Part shown: positions 42,823 through 49,808 of the stretch, piece after piece
How the letters are laid out: the number at the start of each line of letters is the position of its first letter
How positions within the stretch are numbered: position 1 is the stretch's first letter
Assembly: GCA_964647865.1 (NCBI GenBank)
Contig: CAZYJK010000001.1
Coordinates: 1-49,808 of the forward strand
Direction of reading: 5' to 3'
Length of the DNA stretch: 49,808 bases
Origin: an uncultured Veillonellaceae bacterium
GTDB lineage: Bacteria; Bacillota; Negativicutes; UBA1444
Program-made: the position numbers and the translations under genes
Notes under the pieces: generated by a model
The model's database searches: none
What the model was told of the DNA's origin: nothing
What the model saw: only the letters and a program-made list of their open reading frames with translations

Positions 42823-45025
42823 TTCGGTCCGCAGCACTGCTGCTGCGCTTCGCGCAAGCGCAATCAAATTTCGCACCCTGTTCGAATGCGCCAATGATGG
42901 CATTTTTGTTTTCGACGGAGTAGCTGTTACCGACTGCAACCATCATATCCGGGAACTGTTCGGGCTTTCGCGCGATGAAATCCTCGGCCATTCGATAGAT
43001 GAATGGTCGCCGCCATTGCAGCCCGACGGCACTGCCTCTGCCGCCAAAATGCAAAGCCTGTTGGCGGCAGCCGCTGCAGGACAACCGCAATCGTTTGAAT
43101 GGCAGCATTGTAAAAAAGATGGCTCGCTGTTCTTTGCCGAAGTCAGTCTGTACCGGATTGAGATTCCGCCCAAACGCAATGTCATTGCTATCTTGCGCGA
43201 TGTCACCGAGCGCCGGCAGCTCTTGACAGACTTGCAGCAAAATAATGAAAAACTGAAGTCGGCCCACGAAGAACTGGCTTCCATGTACCAACAACTGGCC
43301 GCTTCGGAAGAAGCGCTGGCACAGCAGGTCGCCGAGTTGCAGGCCAACTCGCAGAAACTCACCTTCACAGAGCAACGCTACCGGCTGGCGATGGATGCAT
43401 CGGTCGACGCCATTTGGGAAGTCGATTATGCGACAGACAACCTGACTTTTTCCACCCATTGGATGAATCGTTTCGGCATACCGCATGATACCCCGTTTCA
43501 ACGAAAAACATGGCTGGCATTGGTTCACCCTGATGACAGGCCGCTGATCATCGCCGCTTTTGATTCTTACACGCGCTCTATGTCGCCGCACTACGACGTT
43601 GAATACCGGGTACGCGATCTGAATAACAAATACGTCTGGGTGCATGCCCGTGGCAAGGCGCTGTTTGATGACAACGGAAACGTCCTCAGCGTCGCAGGGT
43701 CATTGACCGACATCTCGGAACACAAACTGCAGGAAGACAAAATCTATCATCTGGCATATTTCGACGCACTGACCGGCTTGCCCAACCGGCGCAGGCTGGA
43801 ATTGCTGCTGGCTGAGAAATCGATCCTTGACCAAGCCAGCGGCGCTCTGCTATTCATCGATCTGGACAATTTCAAACTGATTAACGACTCTTCCGGCCAC
43901 GCTTGCGGCGATGCACTGATTGCCGATGTAGCCAGACAATTGGCGATGGCCGTGGGATCGTCCCACATCCTGGCCCGGATCGGCGGCGACGAGTTTATCG
44001 TTGTGCTGACCAACACCAACCGTCAGGCGTTCATCCAGGCCTATGCCCAGCGTCTGATCAACCTTTTCAACACCCCTTTCTCCTGTCAGGGTCATCAATA
44101 CTACCTTTCAGCCAGCATCGGCATCGCGTTCTTCCCCAAAGACGGCGCTGGTCTCGACGATTTGTTGCGCAAAGCAGATACCGCTTTGCATGTGGCCAAA
44201 GCAACCGGTCGCTCCGCATATCGCTTTTTTGAACAATCCATGCAGGATTCGGTGCTGGAAAAAATCGCGCTGGAAAACCGCCTTCGAGCGGCTGTTAAGA
44301 ACAAGGAACAGTTCCATATGCGTTACCAGCCGCAGGTCGACGCCCAAACCGGCCGGCTCGTCGGTATGGAAGCGCTGATGCGCTGGTGCTGCCCCGAACG
44401 GGGAATGATATCGCCATTGCATTTTATTCCGGTTGCGGAAGAAACCGGAATCATCAACGAACTCGGCGACTGGGGCCTGCGCACGGCTTGCCGATTCTGC
44501 CGCGAACTGCACGACGCCGGACATGATTCACTGTCAGTCAGTGTCAACGTGTCGGTGAAACAACTGTCGCTGGACAATTTTGTCGAAAGCGTCGCAGCCG
44601 TGTTGGTAGAAACCGGACTGCCGCCTTCGGCGCTTGAACTGGAAATCACGGAAAGCGTATTGATCCAGGCATTTGAAACAAACGTGGCAAAGCTGGAAGC
44701 GTTGCGCGCGATGGGAATCCGGACCGCACTGGATGATTTTGGCACCGGCTATTCTTCCCTGACCTACCTTCAGCAGTTGCCGATTCACACGCTGAAGATA
44801 GATCAGTCTTTCATCAGCCGGATTCACCATGAGCAAAGTACCCGCACCATCACCGCTACGATCATTTCCCTGGCTCAGCAGTTGGGCATCTCGGTAGTGG
44901 CCGAAGGGGTTGAGACCGAAGAACAACGCGAACTGCTGATTTCTTTTGGTTGCAACACGATTCAGGGCTATTCCGTCAGTCAACCGCTGATATCGAGCGA
45001 TTTCAGGCAATGGCTGGCTAAATAA
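42809..45025 (+). CDS. PAS-PAS-GGDEF-EAL signalling protein (diguanylate cyclase / phosphodiesterase)
   Basis: Two PAS/PAC modules are present. The GGDEF domain reads ...LLFIDLDNFKLINDSSGHACGD...ARIGGDEFIVVL. The EAL domain reads ...GMEALMRW...ELEITES...LDDFGTGYSSL...KIDQSF...AEGVET...QGY. It overlaps the upstream GT gene by 14 nt. Confidence 0.92.
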   Translation: MPTPDSVRSTAAALRASAIKFRTLFECANDGIFVFDGVAVTDCNHHIRELFGLSRDEILGHSIDEWSPPLQPDGTASAAKMQSLLAAAAAGQPQSFEWQHCKKDGSLFFAEVSLYRIEIPPKRNVIAILRDVTERRQLLTDLQQNNEKLKSAHEELASMYQQLAASEEALAQQVAELQANSQKLTFTEQRYRLAMDASVDAIWEVDYATDNLTFSTHWMNRFGIPHDTPFQRKTWLALVHPDDRPLIIAAFDSYTRSMSPHYDVEYRVRDLNNKYVWVHARGKALFDDNGNVLSVAGSLTDISEHKLQEDKIYHLAYFDALTGLPNRRRLELLLAEKSILDQASGALLFIDLDNFKLINDSSGHACGDALIADVARQLAMAVGSSHILARIGGDEFIVVLTNTNRQAFIQAYAQRLINLFNTPFSCQGHQYYLSASIGIAFFPKDGAGLDDLLRKADTALHVAKATGRSAYRFFEQSMQDSVLEKIALENRLRAAVKNKEQFHMRYQPQVDAQTGRLVGMEALMRWCCPERGMISPLHFIPVAEETGIINELGDWGLRTACRFCRELHDAGHDSLSVSVNVSVKQLSLDNFVESVAAVLVETGLPPSALELEITESVLIQAFETNVAKLEALRAMGIRTALDDFGTGYSSLTYLQQLPIHTLKIDQSFISRIHHEQSTRTITATIISLAQQLGISVVAEGVETEEQRELLISFGCNTIQGYSVSQPLISSDFRQWLAK

Positions 45026-45037
45026 AAAAAGCCGCCA

Positions 45038-46393
45038 TTATCCGACGACTTTGTTGCGCCCGGTGCGCTTTGCTTCATAGAGCCTTGCGTCAGCCTTGCC
45101 GATCAACGATTCGACGCTGCTGGTTCCGGCAGCCTCCTCAGAACTGTTGGACACCCCGGCGCTGAAGGTAAACCGGATCAGTTGCCTGTCGTATTCAAAT
45201 TCCCTTGCTCGGACCGCCGCCAAAACCCGTTCAATAATATGCGTTGCCTGCACAATGTCGGTGTTTTGCAGAACTACGATGAATTCCTCACCACCGAAGC
45301 GGCCCAACAGGTCGTACGGACGCAGATGCCCGCCGATCAAACGGGCGAATTCCTTCAAGATATAATCGCCGGCCAGATGTCCGTGCTGGTCATTGATATT
45401 CTTAAAGCGATCAATATCAAGGATGCAAATTGCAAAGACCTTGCCTGTCCGGTCATGCTCCGCCCTCAGCTCTTCCAGCCGTTCGTAAATATAACGCCGA
45501 TTGAAAATACCTGTCAGCGGATCGCGGATCGAAATTTCGCGGATCCGCTTTTCTGTTTCGACATGCTCGGTGATATCCCTGGCGGCAGCGTAAATCGTCG
45601 ATCCGTAAGGATGCGACCGCCATTCGATATAGCGATAAGAGCCATCTTTGCGACGGTAGCGGTTGACAAAATTCAGCACCGTGTCCTGCTCCGTCAGAAT
45701 CTGCATCTGCTGCAACGTTGCTTCAATATCATCCGGATGGACAAAGTCGAGAAATCGTTGCTCCGTAAGTTCTGCAACCGAATAGCCCAAGATATCTTCC
45801 CATGCCTTATTTAGTTTCAAAAAATTGCCGCTCGTATCCGCTATACAAAGCAAATCGAGGTTAACTGAGAAAAAACGTTCCAGCTCCTCACTACGTTGTT
45901 TTTCTGCAGTGATGTCTACATGCACGCCATACATCATCAACGGTTGCCCCCCCGCAGTCCACTCGACAACACGACCCTTGTCGCGAACCCAGACCCAGGA
46001 ACCGTTCTTATGTCTCATGCGAGATTCACAGCTATAGAACTCTGTTTCCCCGGCAAAATGTTTCTGCAACAGCTCATTGGAATTTGCCAGATCATCCGGA
46101 TGAGCAAAACGAACCCAGGTTTCAATCGAGACCGGGGATATCTCCTCCAAGGAATAACCGATGATTTTGGCCCAATACGAATTGAAGCGAGTTTCTCCGG
46201 TCTGAACATTCCATTCCCAGGTAGCCAGCATGCTACCCTCAATGAAATTTTCCAACCGTTTTCGCTGTTCAATCAATTTTTGCAGCAAATCTGCCCGTTG
46301 CTTTTGCGAAACCGCGATTCGCTTGATCAGCCGCCCCGGCAACTTGGCTTGAGATTCGGTTTTCTTCACCAGCCTCCAGCTCCCTATGCGCAC
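45038..46393 (-). CDS. PAS-PAS-GGDEF diguanylate cyclase with an RxxD I-site
   Basis: A coiled-coil leader and two PAS/PAC modules precede the GGDEF domain ...ILDIDRFKNINDQHGHLAGD...RPYDLLGRFGGEEFIVVL. RPYD lies 5 residues before GGEEF. The start is uncertain: GTG 46393, or GTG 46369 preceded by GGAGG. Confidence 0.9.
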   Translation of the reverse strand: MRIGSWRLVKKTESQAKLPGRLIKRIAVSQKQRADLLQKLIEQRKRLENFIEGSMLATWEWNVQTGETRFNSYWAKIIGYSLEEISPVSIETWVRFAHPDDLANSNELLQKHFAGETEFYSCESRMRHKNGSWVWVRDKGRVVEWTAGGQPLMMYGVHVDITAEKQRSEELERFFSVNLDLLCIADTSGNFLKLNKAWEDILGYSVAELTEQRFLDFVHPDDIEATLQQMQILTEQDTVLNFVNRYRRKDGSYRYIEWRSHPYGSTIYAAARDITEHVETEKRIREISIRDPLTGIFNRRYIYERLEELRAEHDRTGKVFAICILDIDRFKNINDQHGHLAGDYILKEFARLIGGHLRPYDLLGRFGGEEFIVVLQNTDIVQATHIIERVLAAVRAREFEYDRQLIRFTFSAGVSNSSEEAAGTSSVESLIGKADARLYEAKRTGRNKVVG

Positions 46394-46416
46394 TTCGCAA
46401 TTATTTTGGGCATCGG

Positions 46417-48228
46417 TTATTCTAACGGTGCAAAGTCCAACTGTGCGATAAACAAGTCGTTAAACAGCGGATGCCGCGACAAATCGATACAGGAAGCAGT
46501 GTCCCGCAATCTGCCGACTGCTTCGCGCCGGTCTCTATGCACCAGATACTCCACCGTACCGGCCAGCGCACTGTTGCCGACCGCCTGGATCTTTCCCCCA
46601 ACCTCAACAGGCAACAGACCGACTGCGACCGCACTGTCCACATCGATCCGGGCGCCGAATCCACCGGCGACAAAAACAGCAGCCACATCCGACCAATTAC
46701 AGCCAAATTCCCGTAACAGGATTTCCAACCCCGTCCGGATCGCTGCCTTAGCCAGCTGAAATTCACGGACATCCTTTTGCGTGAATACAATTGTTTCGCC
46801 GTTTGCCTTTTTGCCCACGGTTATACTGTCTCCCGCTTCGGAATCACCTTGCAGACGTCCAGTCCTGTCGATCATTCCTTCCCGCAATCCTACCGCAATA
46901 ATGTCGACCACTCCGCTGCCGCATATTCCTAGCGGCGCCACATCACCAATCGTCCGAATCGCGATTGCGCCATCCTCAATGTCAAATCGGGAGATCGCCC
47001 CCGGCACACTGCCCATGCCACAGCTGATATTGGCGCCTTCAAAAGCAGGCCCGGCGGCCGTCGATGTGCAGAGAACCCGTTCGGCATTGCCAATCGCCAT
47101 CTCACCGTTTGTTCCCAAATCGATCAACACCGCCACCTGGTCCAGCCTGTCCATTCGGCAGTGCAGCAAACCAGCCACGAGATCCGCTCCGACATAGGCG
47201 CCCAACGAAGGAAGCAGCACCGCTTCACACTCGACCGGAAACTCGCCGAACAACTCCGCTGTACTCAGAGACATTTGCGAACGGGTCACCGGAGCAAACG
47301 GGTGAAGCGCCAGCGAGTCCGGTCGCAATCCCAACAGTAGATGTAACATCGTCGGGTTGCCAACAATCACCAGCTGGACCACCGCTTCCGTTTTCTGGCG
47401 GCAAAGCGCTGTAACGCCATCGGCAATGTCAATGCGCAGGCGCAGCTGCAAAGCATCACTCAACCCCTCTGAAGCTTTTTGAATCCGCGAAATCACATCA
47501 GCACCAAACTGTCGCTGCGAATTGAGCAACGTCATACTATCCACCACGGTGCCAGTTTCCAGATCGACCAGCGAGAGCGCAATCGTCGTAGTGCCAATAT
47601 CAACGCCGATGCCAAACAAAGGTGATTTCTCTGCGGTGCGTACGTACAGCACCCGGTTATCACGAATCGTCAACCAAATTGGCGCAGCGGAATCCGGCGC
47701 AGTAAAGTGTTGCTGCAAAGACTCCGCCATCCAACGTGATAACTGACGTAATGCCTTGGCAGAAAACGACAGTCTTCGCTCCAGCGCCTGACAAATCGAC
47801 TCACTGACGCTACCGCCGACATCCCAACTGCCAGGCATCGCGACGAACCGAACTTTTTCCAAACCGTTGTCGGTTGGCAGCGACTGTCGGAACTTCATCT
47901 CCGTGTTTCCGGCAAAACCTTGTTCCGTCAATGCACTGATGTCGATGCAACATGTTTCCAGTACGGTAGCACGACAGGCCAGCGCCATCTCGCCTGGTTC
48001 CACCAAACGAGCCTCGGATTCTCCCGCAGATGCGACCATCAACCGGCCGGCCACCAGCTCGATTTTGCATTTGCCGCAAGTTCCGCGTCCGCCGCAGGGT
48101 GCATTGACATAAATGCCTTGTTGTTTCAAAATGTCAAGCAGGGATTGATTGGCTACCGCAGTGATTCGCCGATCCTGTTGACCGTCAATAATCGTCAGTT
48201 CAATATTTTCTGCGGGCTCCAGCGTCAT
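46417..48228 (-). CDS. 2Fe-2S ferredoxin domain plus ASKHA ATPase protein (DUF4445 / RACo-like corrinoid reductive-activase architecture)
   Basis: A start at ATG 48228 gives MTLEPAENIELTIIDG...NAPCGGRGTCGKCKIELV...LACR, a plant-type 2Fe-2S Cys pattern. ...FGIGVDIGTTTIALSLVD... and ...VLIDLGTNGEMAIG... are ASKHA phosphate motifs. Confidence 0.8.
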   Translation of the reverse strand: MTLEPAENIELTIIDGQQDRRITAVANQSLLDILKQQGIYVNAPCGGRGTCGKCKIELVAGRLMVASAGESEARLVEPGEMALACRATVLETCCIDISALTEQGFAGNTEMKFRQSLPTDNGLEKVRFVAMPGSWDVGGSVSESICQALERRLSFSAKALRQLSRWMAESLQQHFTAPDSAAPIWLTIRDNRVLYVRTAEKSPLFGIGVDIGTTTIALSLVDLETGTVVDSMTLLNSQRQFGADVISRIQKASEGLSDALQLRLRIDIADGVTALCRQKTEAVVQLVIVGNPTMLHLLLGLRPDSLALHPFAPVTRSQMSLSTAELFGEFPVECEAVLLPSLGAYVGADLVAGLLHCRMDRLDQVAVLIDLGTNGEMAIGNAERVLCTSTAAGPAFEGANISCGMGSVPGAISRFDIEDGAIAIRTIGDVAPLGICGSGVVDIIAVGLREGMIDRTGRLQGDSEAGDSITVGKKANGETIVFTQKDVREFQLAKAAIRTGLEILLREFGCNWSDVAAVFVAGGFGARIDVDSAVAVGLLPVEVGGKIQAVGNSALAGTVEYLVHRDRREAVGRLRDTASCIDLSRHPLFNDLFIAQLDFAPLE

Positions 48229-48253
48229 AGGCAAGCCCCTTTCAGCGTTCTCT

Positions 48254-48775
48254 TCAAGGCCCCGGTTCAATACTGCCATCGACAATCTTGGCATTTTCGA
48301 TCGCAATCGCCGCAAAGGCCGCCAACTGTTCCAAGCCTTCCAGCTCAGCCGCGGAATATTTTTTCTCCGGTCCGGTATGGGCCAGGATCAGCACTCCCCA
48401 CACCGCATTCTTGACAAACAGTGGCACAGCCAACGTTTCCTGCATATCTCCCCAGTAGGGTGCAGGTAATCTAAAAGAATAGCGGTGGTAATCATCCGTC
48501 ACGACGATTTGACCGCTGGCCCACGCCTGACCGCTGATCCCCTCGCCGATCCGGATGACATAGTCCGCCGGCAACTCACGGATCGTCCCGCGATAAAAAG
48601 CAACCCGCATTACATCTTCATATTCGTCACGCAACGCCAGATACGCCAAATCGGCGCTGACAAATTCCTGAGCCCGCCGGACAATGTCCGGCAACAAGTC
48701 CTGCAAGCGGCTGTGCCGCATCAATTCGAGCGAAACATCCTTGAGCAGGGAATACAAAGGATCGGACATACCCAC
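48254..48775 (-). CDS. stand-alone GAF domain protein
   Basis: 173 aa: ...LQDLLPDIVRRAQEFVSADLAYLALRDEY...GEGISGQAWASGQIVVTDDY...LAVPLF..NAVWGVLILAH is the GAF pattern. The start is GTG 48775 with GGAGG 7 nt upstream. Confidence 0.8.
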   Translation of the reverse strand: MGMSDPLYSLLKDVSLELMRHSRLQDLLPDIVRRAQEFVSADLAYLALRDEYEDVMRVAFYRGTIRELPADYVIRIGEGISGQAWASGQIVVTDDYHRYSFRLPAPYWGDMQETLAVPLFVKNAVWGVLILAHTGPEKKYSAAELEGLEQLAAFAAIAIENAKIVDGSIEPGP

Positions 48776-48804
48776 GCGAACGCCTCCTGTAACTTTTTCA
48801 GGTT

Positions 48805-49785
48805 CTACCTCAATTGCACGTCAATCCGCTCAACCAGCACTGCATCCGGTTGCAGGATCGACAAGTCGGATCTCAGATATCTGTCGCCATAATACTCGCG
48901 TGGCAATTCGCGACTCGTTGCCAGCTTCACTGACAAACCACGCACTACGGCTAAAGCGCCGCCACTCCAGTTATGCACGATATTACCGCCATAATCCCAG
49001 CCAAAACCTAAAAACTCAAATGGGCGACCATTTATCTTATTCAACTCGCCAATGCCGGTTCCCGGTTTTATCGCAAATATCGTCCGCCAGCGGCCCTGTT
49101 GTTGACGGAATGAAACTCGTTCCGGCCTTGCGCCGTAAATGTTGTCCTGCCAATACACGATGATTTCATCTGCCGTCCCGCCATATACCACTGTCACATC
49201 GTATTTTTCAATGCCTTCCGGTCCATAGGCGACACGTCTGGAAACATTCCGTGCACCAAAGATTCGGCTCAAATCGGTTATCGAGCTGGTCGGCTCAATC
49301 GGGCCGGCCCGCAGAAGCGGTATACACATCCAGTCATTCTCATCCTGCTTACGGTTGGGAAATATGTATTTTTGCCAATCCGCCAGCGGTATGTACGCTT
49401 CATCGACCAGATAGTTCTGCCACAGAATATCCGTATAGCGAGAATTGACCAAAAACGTTGCCCAGCGAGAACGGTGCCCCGGTCCGCCATCCTCGATATT
49501 AAACCCGACATAAACGCGATAATACTGCTTATCGATCGGACTTGCCGCAACGGGGTCAGGGGTTTGTTCAATCGCTATCACCATTTTATTGTTTGGGTTG
49601 CTGCGGGCCATCTGAGCGATTTCCGGCGCTGCGGCAGTCAAATAGTCGATAACCCGCCTTGCTTCCTGCTCAGAAGACGGTTTACCCGCCGCATTCACCA
49701 CTGTAGGACTTCCTGGCGCCAATACGCAGATGAAAACAACCCATAGGCAGGCTCGCAAGAAGAGTTTTCGCGATAGCAACATCAT
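48805..49785 (-). CDS. secreted hypothetical protein with a signal peptide and no recognised domain
   Basis: 326 aa. The signal peptide reads MMLLSRKLFLRACLWVVFICVLAPGSPTVVNAAG. GGGGGCGAGG lies upstream. It is the first gene of a tightly spaced four-gene minus-strand unit. Confidence 0.6.
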   Translation of the reverse strand: MMLLSRKLFLRACLWVVFICVLAPGSPTVVNAAGKPSSEQEARRVIDYLTAAAPEIAQMARSNPNNKMVIAIEQTPDPVAASPIDKQYYRVYVGFNIEDGGPGHRSRWATFLVNSRYTDILWQNYLVDEAYIPLADWQKYIFPNRKQDENDWMCIPLLRAGPIEPTSSITDLSRIFGARNVSRRVAYGPEGIEKYDVTVVYGGTADEIIVYWQDNIYGARPERVSFRQQQGRWRTIFAIKPGTGIGELNKINGRPFEFLGFGWDYGGNIVHNWSGGALAVVRGLSVKLATSRELPREYYGDRYLRSDLSILQPDAVLVERIDVQLR

Positions 49786-49808
49786 CCTCGCCCCCGTTTC
49801 AGCGTTCG

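Noticed and set aside
42731-43645. 304-aa minus-strand ORF
   Set aside because: It is antisense to the PAS modules of the GGDEF-EAL gene, where the plus frame has clear PAS/PAC motifs.
45896-46759. 287-aa plus-strand ORF
   Set aside because: It is antisense across the cyclase/RACo-like gene junction and has no motifs or SD.
1-49808. CRISPR arrays, IS elements or transposases, prophage genes, toxin-antitoxin pairs and known defence systems
   Set aside because: Reading both strands, I found no periodic repeat-spacer pattern, no transposase, integrase or phage-like ORFs, and no long terminal inverted repeats. The window behaves like conserved core chromosome.

Overview
This window looks like core chromosome from a Firmicute. 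Gene content and order resemble the Bacillus rpsU-to-recO region, and GC is moderate by eye. The lineage guess (Negativicutes or Clostridia-like, possibly an acetogen relative) is low confidence. All calls come from my own reading and translation plus remembered family motifs; no searches were run.

I support about 50 CDS, mostly on the minus strand:
- ackA (cut by the left edge and missing from the ORF track), divergent from tmcAL, then coaD and rsmD.
- A DUF4127 protein, an NlpC/P60 peptidase and one tRNA-Pro(CGG).
- A nitroreductase, a Cys-rich protein and a stand-alone EF-G paralog.
- A PduO-type adenosyltransferase, ndk, an M42 peptidase, a FAH-family protein and htpX.
- motAB, a HAD hydrolase and a DUF3298 protein.
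- The conserved block recO, era, cdd, ybeY, pgpH, floA, nfeD, yqeY, rpsU.
- A tandem glycine riboswitch driving gcvT-gcvH-gcvPA-gcvPB-lipM.
- ald with a near-consensus sigma-54 promoter, followed by an ACT-PAS-AAA+ enhancer-binding protein.
- An 11-kb stretch dense in c-di-GMP and HDOD signalling genes.

I found no CRISPR array, transposase, integrase, phage gene or recognisable defence system, so I cannot claim a clearly novel system.

The observations most worth a second look are:
1. A 100-codon gene at 17664-17966 that the ORF track misses. It has an in-frame TGA-TGC (a U-C motif) and a downstream SECIS-like hairpin, so it is a candidate selenoprotein.
2. The ald / sigma-54 activator unit and its upstream repeat array.
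3. A tight four-gene operon encoding a secreted protein, a GAF protein, a 2Fe-2S/ASKHA (RACo-like) protein and a PAS-GGDEF cyclase.
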